Of a stretch of 61,107 bases of DNA, positions 17,904 through 26,623 are shown in pieces (the stretch's first letter is position 1; every line of letters starts with the position of its first letter). The DNA lies in IMG/VR virus record IMGVR_UViG_3300043429_000621, positions 1-61,107 of that record. One strand, 5' to 3'. Below the pieces are notes generated by a model that was given only the letters and a program-made list of their open reading frames with translations, had not been told where the DNA came from and ran no database searches. A program made the translations under genes and the position numbers. The stretch comes from a virus (taxonomy: Duplodnaviria; Caudoviricetes).

Positions 17904-19739
17904 CTAGGGTTTGAGGCGCATCATAGCACCGGCACCATCTTTGGTGAAGCGGCGCGTGACGGCCAGCGCCCTGTCGACTTTTCCGCCGCGCCGGAAGGCC
18001 GGAAAGCCCTTGTCGAGGACGCTCTGCTTCAGCTGGTCGGTCATCGGCAGGTGGAAGCCCTGATAACCCTCCGGCAGCTGAACCGGCTCGGCGGGCTGGA
18101 TCGACGGATCGTGCTGGCGCGCAAGGTTCATGACGCTTTTTGGCACGATGTTGTCGTAATAGCCCTTCATGCCTTGGCCGCCGACCTTCATGTCGTCGCC
18201 CTGCAGCATGTGGTAGGTCGATCCGTCGAACTCGCTGGTGCGCGCGCTGCTGGGGTGCAGCAGCTTCTCCGACAGTTCCTTCCCGATCAGGCTGGGCAGG
18301 TCTTCCGGATCGACGTCCGGCTTGGCGATGCGTGTGCTGTTTCCCTGCAGCGCAGACAGGGTGCGGTCTTGCGGCCAGTACTTGATGCTGTCCACCTGCT
18401 TCTCCAGCCCGTATCGGTCGGCCTGCGCCTGCCCAGGCGTGAAGACGATGCCGTCATAATTGCCCAGCGCCGCCTCGCGCAGCACGTTCTTCAGCGCCAG
18501 ATCGGTCCAGTGCTGGGTGTTGGTGACGTAGGGGCCGGTAGGCACCTTGCCTTGCTGGTCGATGGTCGCGTCGCGCAGGGCATTCAGCTTGTCTTCCTCG
18601 CCGTGAAACTTGGCCAGATGCCACGGCTCCGCGTTTTCATAGAGCGGGCGGGCAACTTCCTCACGCATGCCCTGATCCAGCAGGCTCTGCCGCATGCGGC
18701 CCCGCATGTCCTCGATGTGGTCCCTGTAGGCCTTCATGGCCGACCCGTCGTTGAACCCCTTGTCGCGGCCCTCCTGCGCCCAGTCGGACTGCAGTTCCTC
18801 GACATGCAGCAGGCGCTTGCCGAGGCCCTTCTTGCCGGTGAACTCGTTCTGCCAGCCCTTGATCTGGGTCAGCGTCGCTGCCTCCTCCGGCGTGATCAGG
18901 CCGTTCTGGACGGCGTACTTGGCCGCGCCGGAACCGAGATCGGCGGGGGTCGTTCCCATGTGATCGGCGATCTTCTGCATCACCGGCATCACCCACTGCT
19001 TGGCCTCGGCAAAGCTGCTGGTGGGGCCGACCTCCCGATCCGACAGCCGGATGTGGGCCAGCACGTTTGGGTGGCCCGACCAGTGGCTGGACTGGTAGGC
19101 GGGGGGCTGTGTGCGCTCCGGCATGGTCGCCAGCTTCCGCCGGAACTCGTTGGCCTGCTCTTCGAACTGCTGTCGTCTGGGGTGACCCTCCGGCCACGCG
19201 CTGGCCATCACTTCGGCCTTGCGCATGGCGTCCTCGTAGGGCTGGCGCAGGTCTTTCGGGCGGTCCAGCTTCAGCAGGCGCTCACGGTAGTTCTTGCCGC
19301 CGGACAGGACATAGTCCCCGTATTCGGTGTCCAGCGGCTCCTCCGCGCCGGTGTCCTCGTCCTCGCGCGTCTGAACGTTCGGGGAGGCGGACACGCGGCG
19401 CTGCAGCCGATCTGCCTCGGCGCGCTCCTCCGGCGTCAACTCCTCGCCGCGATGCGAACGGTTCTGCAGCGCGATCCGCCGCTGGTTCTCGTCGCGCGAC
19501 AGGTAGTTCGGGTTCTCGCCATACTGGTCGATGCGCAGCTTCGGCAGGTTCCGCTCGAAATGCTGCGCCAGTTCTTCGCGGGTGATCTTGCCGGTCGGCG
19601 GCTTGGCATGCGCCAGTTCCGCATCCTTCACGCCCGCCTTCTTGGCGGCGGCGATCATCTGCTCTGCCGTGCCGCGCTCCTGCGGGAACTGGCGGATCAG
19701 CTGGGCTGCCTTGGAATAGAGGCCGGTCTTCGGGTTCAT
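17904..19739 (-). CDS. Large polyvalent-type internal virion protein with SHW...EELQSDW domain
   Basis: NYRERLL, SHWS..PNVLAHIR..DR, VEELQSDWAQ, W.DLALK, GMKGYYD. Confidence 0.65.
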   Translation of the reverse strand: MNPKTGLYSKAAQLIRQFPQERGTAEQMIAAAKKAGVKDAELAHAKPPTGKITREELAQHFERNLPKLRIDQYGENPNYLSRDENQRRIALQNRSHRGEELTPEERAEADRLQRRVSASPNVQTREDEDTGAEEPLDTEYGDYVLSGGKNYRERLLKLDRPKDLRQPYEDAMRKAEVMASAWPEGHPRRQQFEEQANEFRRKLATMPERTQPPAYQSSHWSGHPNVLAHIRLSDREVGPTSSFAEAKQWVMPVMQKIADHMGTTPADLGSGAAKYAVQNGLITPEEAATLTQIKGWQNEFTGKKGLGKRLLHVEELQSDWAQEGRDKGFNDGSAMKAYRDHIEDMRGRMRQSLLDQGMREEVARPLYENAEPWHLAKFHGEEDKLNALRDATIDQQGKVPTGPYVTNTQHWTDLALKNVLREAALGNYDGIVFTPGQAQADRYGLEKQVDSIKYWPQDRTLSALQGNSTRIAKPDVDPEDLPSLIGKELSEKLLHPSSARTSEFDGSTYHMLQGDDMKVGGQGMKGYYDNIVPKSVMNLARQHDPSIQPAEPVQLPEGYQGFHLPMTDQLKQSVLDKGFPAFRRGGKVDRALAVTRRFTKDGAGAMMRLKP

Positions 19740-21646
19740 GTGGTCCTCCGGATCGCAGCCATCGCTGCATCGTACGCTGCACCGCCCGACGCCCGCCGGA
19801 TGCGCGGATCGGTCGGGTCAAAGACCTCGGCCTCCTTGTGCTTGATCGCGTTGGGCTTGAACACGACCACCTCGGTGATCTGGTGCGGGCGTTTGCCGGA
19901 GTGGTCCTTGGTCTTGACCAGTACGCCGTCGTGGCCGCGCTCTTGCATGTGCTGCATGAACTGGTCCATGTCGCGCCCTTCGATAATGTGGTGCGGTTCC
20001 AGCTTGCCCTGTCCCGTCATCAGGCCCATGGACTGTAGGTCGCGCAGGGTGCGGTGGGCGGCGTTGTCTGACGAGGTGTCCCAGATGTATGGGTTCTTCA
20101 GCGCCGCATGCAGCGGGCCGATGACCGTGCCCTCGCCGATCATGTCGGGATCGGCATAGGCGTCGGCCAGTCCCTCTTCCGGTGTCAGGTAATGCCCGCG
20201 CCCGCGCCAGCCGTGATCTGTGTTGCTGCCGATCTTGGCGTCATCGAAGGCCTCAAACTCTTCCGGATGCGGGGTGCCGTGCCAGAGGTCCATCGGCTTG
20301 CCGTCGTCGCCCAGCAGGTCTTCGTGCATGCCCTCGAACATGGCAGGGACCGCGCCCCCAGCGGCAAAGGCCTGACGGCGCGGCAGGTCGGCAGTGCCGG
20401 CGGCGGCGTTGATCTGCTTCACCTCGTCATCGGACAACACGCGGTTGACCTTCATGTGGCCGCCGATCAGCCAGTTGCCGGTCATGTTCGGGTTGGTCTT
20501 GTAGCGGTAGAACCCGCCCAGTGGCACCTGATCGGTGATGTGCGCCTTCACGCCCTTGCCACGGCTGTCGGCCACGCTCTGCCAGTCCTTGTCAGCGGCC
20601 ATCTCGATCTCGGCCCAGACCTGATCGTCGGGCCGGTAGTCTGGCTTCTTCAGATCGGGGCTGGACTTGCCGCCAATATGGGTCGCGATGGGCAGGTCGC
20701 CAGCATGCCAGCCTGGCCGGTAGGCCAGATCGCCCAGCTTGGACTTGACCTTGCCCGCCGTCTTGCCCTGCGGCCCCTCTTCCGCTTCCAGCCACTGGCC
20801 TATCGGCACCGGCTTGTCGGCATGTACGAAAAGCGGCATCAGCTGGGCGCCTTTGCGCCGGAACAGCTTGTAGGCCTTCACGGTGCGCTGCGGGGTGTAG
20901 CCGCCCGCGACCGCGCCGCCGTCGGCGTAGCCGTACCTCTGGTTTGCCCAGTCCCGCGCCCAGTCTGGGATGCTGTCGCGGCTGTAGGACGGCCCCCACG
21001 CGCGCGGGTCGGCGACGTCGAAGTGCAGGGCGTTGTCGTAAAAGCCGATGCCACGAAACCCAGCCTCCCACGCCGCATCGGCCAGTCTCAGCCGGTCCTC
21101 GTAGGACAGGCCGGAGGCGTCGATGTCATAGGCGTTGCCGTGCATGTGCTGGCTGCCCTTGGCCCCACCAACTTCCTCGTTGCGCTTCGGGTCGCGGTAG
21201 GCCGAGTTCACGGTCAGCGGCTGGCCCCACGCATCGGTCAGGCGGCCCCACGCCGCCAGCGCGGCCTCGGACATGCCGCCATGGTCGGCGCTGGGCGCGG
21301 GCTGGGGCGCGGGCGCAGATGCCTTCTCCTCCTCCTTGCCAAAGAGGCCGGTGGCAGTGTCGCCGATCTTGTTGGCCGCGCCCGCGAGGCCCGCCAGCGC
21401 CTCCAGCGCGGTCGGCTGGGCCGATCCGGTCTGCAGCGGTGCGGCAGTCGCAAGGCGGCGCGGCACCGGCAGGTTGGCGGCGGGGACATAGCCGCCGGAA
21501 GCATGCGCCTGACGCGGGACATCGGGCAGATATTTCGACGGGGCGATCTGGCCACCGGCGCGGTCCTTCGCCTCTTTGGCCCTGCGTTTGTCCAGCAGCG
21601 CGCCAAGGGTCAGCTTGGCCGCGCGGATCGCCTTGTCGTCGCTCAT
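19736..21646 (-). CDS. Polyvalent protein: M15 peptidase + unknown (ART-like?) domain + ADP-ribosyltransferase (ART-PolyVal-like)
   Basis: SAYR...N..VGGA.GSQH.HGNAYDI...GIGFY...LHFD; DGKP..LWHGT...GRGHYLT...LKNPY...GHDGV...EVVVF.P..IK. Confidence 0.78.
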   Translation of the reverse strand: MSDDKAIRAAKLTLGALLDKRRAKEAKDRAGGQIAPSKYLPDVPRQAHASGGYVPAANLPVPRRLATAAPLQTGSAQPTALEALAGLAGAANKIGDTATGLFGKEEEKASAPAPQPAPSADHGGMSEAALAAWGRLTDAWGQPLTVNSAYRDPKRNEEVGGAKGSQHMHGNAYDIDASGLSYEDRLRLADAAWEAGFRGIGFYDNALHFDVADPRAWGPSYSRDSIPDWARDWANQRYGYADGGAVAGGYTPQRTVKAYKLFRRKGAQLMPLFVHADKPVPIGQWLEAEEGPQGKTAGKVKSKLGDLAYRPGWHAGDLPIATHIGGKSSPDLKKPDYRPDDQVWAEIEMAADKDWQSVADSRGKGVKAHITDQVPLGGFYRYKTNPNMTGNWLIGGHMKVNRVLSDDEVKQINAAAGTADLPRRQAFAAGGAVPAMFEGMHEDLLGDDGKPMDLWHGTPHPEEFEAFDDAKIGSNTDHGWRGRGHYLTPEEGLADAYADPDMIGEGTVIGPLHAALKNPYIWDTSSDNAAHRTLRDLQSMGLMTGQGKLEPHHIIEGRDMDQFMQHMQERGHDGVLVKTKDHSGKRPHQITEVVVFKPNAIKHKEAEVFDPTDPRIRRASGGAAYDAAMAAIRRTT

Positions 21647-23979
21647 TTCCCGCTGCCCTCACGCTTCTTGGTGGCCTGCACCTGCATCGCCAGCTTGATG
21701 ATGTCTGCCTTATGGTCACGCTGCTGCATGTCGATCTCATGCTGCATCCGCACCGCGTCGTTCATCTGATCGCGGTCCATCTGCATCTGCTCCAGCCGCA
21801 GGTCTTTCTCGCGGTCCAGATCGCGGTTCTCGTCGTTGATCGCGTCCCGACGCATCGCATGCTGCAGCTGCATCTGCTTGGTCTGTTCGCCCATCAGCTT
21901 GGCCTGCAGTTCCAGCGGGTGCGGCCCCTGCGGGCCAGCGGGGCCGTTGGCAGCCTGCGGGTTGTCCTTCTGCGCTTTGACCATGTCGGCCTGCGCCCGC
22001 ATCGTGTCGGCATCGGCCTTTTGCTTGGCGATCTTCAGGTCTTCCACGCCCTTCAGCAGTTCCGGCGACGGCTGGTTGCGCTGGCCTTCCGGCTTGAAGA
22101 ACTGTTCGGGGTTCGACCAGCCGATAGCCCGCAGCGCCGCCGTGTCGATGGCGACCTCGTCGTAGAGCGCGGGGTTGCCCGCCTGCAGCTGCTTCAGCGC
22201 CATGATCTTCATCACGCGCTGGGCGTGGCTGGCGGTGTTGGGGTCGGCCTGCGGCACCAGTTCGACATCCTCCAGCGCCTGCATCAGCAGGTCTGGGTTC
22301 CACTGCACCGTGGGACGCCGGTTGCGTTCCCAGAAGCTTTCGGGGTGTTCGCGGAAGCAGTCGCGCAGCAGGCGGAACTCCTCGGCCTGCGCGGCATGCA
22401 TGCGCTTGTGGACCGAGTTCAGCACCTTGGTGGCCTGCTCGATCATCGCCAGCGTGGTGCCGACCGGCGCGTCGGGCCGCCCCTCGCCGACCTGCAGTTC
22501 CGACGTCCCGCCGACGCGCGCGCCGGTCTGGGCCATGTTCTCGACCAGCGCCATCAGGGCCTGCGACGGCTCCTTGTAGGGCAGCGGCATGACGGCTTGG
22601 CCGATAGGCGCGCCGCCGGTCTTGACCTGCGCGGCCCCGCCGGGCGGGATGCGGAAGATGTTGGTGTTCTGGCGGCTGCCGGTGTCCGAGATCAGGAAGC
22701 CTGGGAAGTTGGCATACATCCCCGCGTCGAGCAGTTCGCGCCACGCGGCGGTGACCGCGTTCGTGGTATTGCCGAGGATGTGCAGCAGGCCGATGTCGTA
22801 GAAGCCAAAGCCCGGCACGAAGGTGTACTTGACGAAGGTCTTGCGCGCCTCCGGCAGTTCCTTGGTCTCTTCGTTGTAGTTCCGTACGATGGACAGGATT
22901 TCGCGGGAGGAGACGTCGATGGTCACGCGGTAGGGGATTTCCAGCCCGCTGATCTTGCCCTTGTACTTGTGTTCGTACCCCTTGATGTCGAGTTCGCAGT
23001 AGACCTCGTAGATTTCGCGGTCGCGGTCGTCGGGGTTCAGCGACTGGGTCGAGATGCCCTGCTGCGCGGCCTTGGCCTCTTGGACGCTGTCCGGCGTGGT
23101 GTCCTGCGGCGTGGCCAGTTCGATGTCGCGGTAGACGCCGAGGATTTGCAGGCGGCGCACCGTCGAGGGCTTCATGTAGACGCGGTGCGTCACGCGGCGG
23201 GCGTTGACCAGATCGGTCGCAGCGTTGTTCACGATCAGGTCATCGGCGTCGACGCTCTCGGACACGGGCCGGTTGCGCAGCGGGCAGAAGTAGACCTTCT
23301 TGAACGCGGTGCCGCCGAAACCCAGCATCAGGAACATGCGGTCGGTGTCGGGGTAGTATTCAGTCGCCGTCGAGGTCAGGTAATGGTTGAAGTCCTTCTG
23401 GAACCCGTCCGCCATCTCGTCGCGCATGGTGGTCGCGCTGTTGGCGTCGTCCCTGATCTTCACCGGCCCGTCGGTCGGCAGCATCTCGGACCGCGCGTTG
23501 GCTTGGAAGCGCAGCACCGCCTCCTGCAGCAGCGGGTGCCGGACCTTCGACATGCCCTCGACCGGCGCGCCGTCGTTCGACCCTTGGATGCCGGGCGTTT
23601 CCAGCTTCAGGCCCAGAAGCTTCATGCCCTGCGCCCGATCCTCGACCCACTCCTTGCGGCTCTGCAGGTCGTCATCGACCGAGCGCAGCAACTCGTCGGC
23701 GATCCGCCCCAGTTCCATATCGTCGATGTCGTCGACGAGGTTGTCGAACCAGCCCTTCGGGCCGCTCTCCTCGCTTTCCGAAATCGGCTTGCCGTCGAGG
23801 CTGACGGTGATCGAACCGTCACCGTGGTCGATCCGCAGGATCGCGCCGTCCTGATCGAATTCGGGAACATCCGCCTCCTCTTCGGCGTTCTCGACCGTCA
23901 CATCCATCGGGCCGATGGCGGCATCCGACGGGTCTTCCTCAAGCCGCACGGCGGGGTTCAGGTCGGGAACGAGGGGCAT
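21643..23979 (-). CDS. Portal protein
   Basis: SRKEW, HPLLQEAV.RFQA, GTAFKKVY, GFGFYDIGL.H, PVGTTLAMIEQ; long coiled-coil barrel at the C-terminus. Confidence 0.9.
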   Translation of the reverse strand: MPLVPDLNPAVRLEEDPSDAAIGPMDVTVENAEEEADVPEFDQDGAILRIDHGDGSITVSLDGKPISESEESGPKGWFDNLVDDIDDMELGRIADELLRSVDDDLQSRKEWVEDRAQGMKLLGLKLETPGIQGSNDGAPVEGMSKVRHPLLQEAVLRFQANARSEMLPTDGPVKIRDDANSATTMRDEMADGFQKDFNHYLTSTATEYYPDTDRMFLMLGFGGTAFKKVYFCPLRNRPVSESVDADDLIVNNAATDLVNARRVTHRVYMKPSTVRRLQILGVYRDIELATPQDTTPDSVQEAKAAQQGISTQSLNPDDRDREIYEVYCELDIKGYEHKYKGKISGLEIPYRVTIDVSSREILSIVRNYNEETKELPEARKTFVKYTFVPGFGFYDIGLLHILGNTTNAVTAAWRELLDAGMYANFPGFLISDTGSRQNTNIFRIPPGGAAQVKTGGAPIGQAVMPLPYKEPSQALMALVENMAQTGARVGGTSELQVGEGRPDAPVGTTLAMIEQATKVLNSVHKRMHAAQAEEFRLLRDCFREHPESFWERNRRPTVQWNPDLLMQALEDVELVPQADPNTASHAQRVMKIMALKQLQAGNPALYDEVAIDTAALRAIGWSNPEQFFKPEGQRNQPSPELLKGVEDLKIAKQKADADTMRAQADMVKAQKDNPQAANGPAGPQGPHPLELQAKLMGEQTKQMQLQHAMRRDAINDENRDLDREKDLRLEQMQMDRDQMNDAVRMQHEIDMQQRDHKADIIKLAMQVQATKKREGSGK

Positions 23980-24018
23980 CAGGATCATCCCTTCAAGGAT
24001 CAGGTTGGCGCGATCCTA

Positions 24019-24363
24019 TCAGGTCGGCCCGTTTTCTTCCAGCAGCAGGTATGCACCGGCGAGGTAGTTGATCGCGCCGAGCAATTCGCGCTTGGCGGCG
24101 TCCGGCTGCATCCGGCTGCTCTCCTGCGCCTTCTTCATGGCCTGACCGAGGCAAAACCCCACCCCGACCATGCGCCCTATCTCCAGCATCGGCTGGCAGT
24201 CGAACGGCAGGCCGTTGGCATGCCGCTCCTTGCCTTTGCCGCCGGACGCCTGCGCCAGAGCCAGATCGAGGACGCGGCGCAGCGAAGCATACTTCACATC
24301 GATCTCAAAGGTTTCGCCAGCGGGCAATCCGATGACGTCGTCCAGATCGCGCCACTTTGCCAT
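24019..24363 (-). CDS. Conserved phage helical protein (GKGKERHA family)
   Basis: QASGGKGKERHAN..PF...GQAMKK...ELLGAINY. Confidence 0.6.
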   Translation of the reverse strand: MAKWRDLDDVIGLPAGETFEIDVKYASLRRVLDLALAQASGGKGKERHANGLPFDCQPMLEIGRMVGVGFCLGQAMKKAQESSRMQPDAAKRELLGAINYLAGAYLLLEENGPT

Positions 24364-24419
24364 CAACGCACCGCCAAGATGAACACGACCAGAAGGGTCA
24401 CCCCGATTACCGCCATCAT
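24363..24419 (-). CDS. Putative 18-aa membrane micropeptide
   Basis: MMAVIGVTLLVVFILAVR*; GGAGG RBS; ATGA and TGATG overlaps. Confidence 0.5.
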   Translation of the reverse strand: MMAVIGVTLLVVFILAVR

Positions 24420-24472
24420 GTCCACCTCCAGATTGCCCACAGCACGATTGCCAGCAGGATTGCCTCAGCCAT
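24416..24472 (-). CDS. Putative 18-aa membrane micropeptide
   Basis: MAEAILLAIVLWAIWRWT*; start overlaps the endonuclease stop. Confidence 0.45.
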   Translation of the reverse strand: MAEAILLAIVLWAIWRWT

Positions 24473-25100
24473 GGATATTCTCCAACATTTCTGCGGCCTT
24501 TCTCAGCCATTCAGGATTGTCGCGGAATGCACCAAGACCCCTGTTGCAGTGCGCGCACAGAATGAAACGCACTTTTCCACTCTTATGACAGTGGTCAGTG
24601 TTCCATCCGGCTTTTGCGTTTGGATGGTCAGAACCACATATCGCGCAGCGGCAGCCCTGCGCCTCAAACATAGCCAGCCACTCCTCCGGCGTCATCCCGT
24701 AGTTGGCTTTGAGCCTCGCCTTGCGCTTGAAGCTGGGGTCGGCGGCATGACGCGCTTTTGCATATTTTCGACCGCGCTCCCTCACCTTTTCAAGGTTGTT
24801 TTGGTAATACCGAAGTGCCTTTTCGCGGTTTCGCGCCAGCCGCTCCTCCTCGCTCATTCTTGGCCTTACCTTACGGCCATCGACCCAATCAGGATCGCGC
24901 CGCTCCCTCCTCCGCTCCACCGTTCTGGCGGTGTGACACGAAACACATGCGGAAAGGTGGCCAGTCTTCATGCGCTCGTTCCTATAAAAACCGCACTCCG
25001 GACCAGCTACACCGCACAGCCTGCATGTCGAAGCAGAATAAACCCTAGCCGAAGATAGCTGGGGTTGGGTCAGTGCTTTGCCCTTGGTACTTTCCGACAT
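24465..25100 (-). CDS. Endonuclease VII-family (homing-type) endonuclease
   Basis: YGMT.EEW..M...Q...CAIC...DHCH.SGKVR..LC..CNRGLG.F.D; N-terminal CxxC pair; start uncertain. Confidence 0.82.
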   Translation of the reverse strand: MSESTKGKALTQPQLSSARVYSASTCRLCGVAGPECGFYRNERMKTGHLSACVSCHTARTVERRRERRDPDWVDGRKVRPRMSEEERLARNREKALRYYQNNLEKVRERGRKYAKARHAADPSFKRKARLKANYGMTPEEWLAMFEAQGCRCAICGSDHPNAKAGWNTDHCHKSGKVRFILCAHCNRGLGAFRDNPEWLRKAAEMLENIHG

Positions 25101-25542
25101 ATTCCGCCTTGCACTCCGTACGATGGAAAACCACTTGAGCGATCCCGCTACCGGCGGGAATGTGAAGAGGTTTAAACCCATGATACACAAGTTCAAGGGT
25201 AAGTCCACCTTTGAAACCGTTTTCAATGACCGTATTAAAAACGGAAAGACCCTGTCTTGCCCATGTCGACTTGTCATGCACGATGCCCACCAGATCGTAG
25301 GGCATGTCGAACTCCTCCATGGCCGAGGCGATGACGAAGGTCGAGGGGTGATGCCGCCCGTCGACATAGGTCTCAGGGAACTGCATAGCCACGTTCGGCG
25401 GGTGAAACAGCACCTCCTGCTTGATGCGGATGTCGTAGCCCGCTTCCGACAGGCCGTGGCTGGTCAGGTGGCCGCGCACCTTGCGGTCCAGCATGCCCTT
25501 GATCGGCCCCGCCTGCAGCAGGGCGCGTCCGTTGACGATCAT
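25045..25542 (-). CDS. dcd: dCTP deaminase
   Basis: GLS.AGYDIR, HDKSTWARQG, NTVIE.GFKG.LTLEL, IAQVVF, Y.GKYQGQ. Confidence 0.85.
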   Translation of the reverse strand: MIVNGRALLQAGPIKGMLDRKVRGHLTSHGLSEAGYDIRIKQEVLFHPPNVAMQFPETYVDGRHHPSTFVIASAMEEFDMPYDLVGIVHDKSTWARQGLSVFNTVIENGFKGGLTLELVYHGFKPLHIPAGSGIAQVVFHRTECKAEYVGKYQGQSTDPTPAIFG

Positions 25543-25868
25543 TGCATCGTCTCCCGCTGCATGTCGCGGGCGATCCAGCCGGTCTCCACCGCGTGATTGA
25601 TCACCATCATGATCATGCTGATAAGCCTTTCTGTCGCCTCATAGTTGTCAAGGAACACCACGGTGCCGTGCCTGCCGAAGACGTCCAGCGTCTTCTGGAC
25701 CTCGTCATCGGTCTCGCACTCTTCCGCCGTGGCGCTCATATCGAGTTCCGCCGCCGCCCTGTCGGCATCCGCGAAGGCGAAGAACGGCAGGGATGCGCCG
25801 CGCTGCGGGCAGGGGCCGACGCCGACCGTGAAGGCGCACCTGCCGGTGCCGACGACGAAGACGGTCAT
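25539..25868 (-). CDS. Hypothetical protein
   Basis: ATGA-coupled at both ends. Confidence 0.6.
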   Translation of the reverse strand: MTVFVVGTGRCAFTVGVGPCPQRGASLPFFAFADADRAAAELDMSATAEECETDDEVQKTLDVFGRHGTVVFLDNYEATERLISMIMMVINHAVETGWIARDMQRETMQ

Positions 25869-26050
25869 GCGTCACCGCCCATCTCGCGCACGAAGCGCCG
25901 GATGCCGTCGCGCGCCGCCACATCCTCTGTGGTGGCCTTCACGGTGTAGACCTTCACATTGCCTTCATGGTCGCCGCGACCCTGCAGCGTGACTTGGAAG
26001 GTCTTCGGCCCAAGCCGGTCGACCGTGGCATCGCACAACACCCGTTTCAT
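25865..26050 (-). CDS. Hypothetical protein
   Basis: ATGA-coupled at both ends. Confidence 0.6.
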   Translation of the reverse strand: MKRVLCDATVDRLGPKTFQVTLQGRGDHEGNVKVYTVKATTEDVAARDGIRRFVREMGGDA

Positions 26051-26589
26051 TCCAACTTTCTCCGCCCGTGATTTTCGTGAAAACCCATTTCGATAGCAGC
26101 TGCGCGCCTTGCCTCAGCGGCCTTTTCCAAATCAGTGAAGTAGCCAACAAACCTTTTTCCGGCACGGACCATCCACTTCTTTCGGAGGGCATTCCATGTA
26201 ACGCCTACCTCTCCAGAGGTATTGTTTCGGTGCATGGGGTGATTTCTCGCATTCCCAGCAGCATCGACCTCTCGCAGGTTCTCGATCCTGTTGTCTGAAC
26301 GATCACCGTTGATATGGTCGATCTGCCCCCTTGGCCACTCACCGTGATGCATTGCCCAGATAACCCGATGGGCAAGAACTTTTCTGCCATTCACGGACCC
26401 GCGCATGTATCCAAAATCGCTTTTTCGAAACGCGACCTGCCCCGCCCACCGGCTGTTCCAAGAGTGCCTGCGATTACCTTGGGAGAACATATCCTTGGTG
26501 CGTTCTTTCCAAGTCAGGATGCCCGTATCCGGATCGTAATCCAGAACTTTTCGAAGATATTGTGGCGTCGGAAGTTCTCGGTGCTGCAT
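26047..26589 (-). CDS. HNH homing endonuclease
   Basis: YDPDTG.LTW, AHRVIW, IDHINGDRSDNRIENLR, N.SG..GV.W; lower GC than flanks. Confidence 0.9.
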   Translation of the reverse strand: MQHRELPTPQYLRKVLDYDPDTGILTWKERTKDMFSQGNRRHSWNSRWAGQVAFRKSDFGYMRGSVNGRKVLAHRVIWAMHHGEWPRGQIDHINGDRSDNRIENLREVDAAGNARNHPMHRNNTSGEVGVTWNALRKKWMVRAGKRFVGYFTDLEKAAEARRAAAIEMGFHENHGRRKLE

Positions 26590-26623
26590 GATGTGACTTT
26601 GATTTCACATCCGTGCTGTTTGT

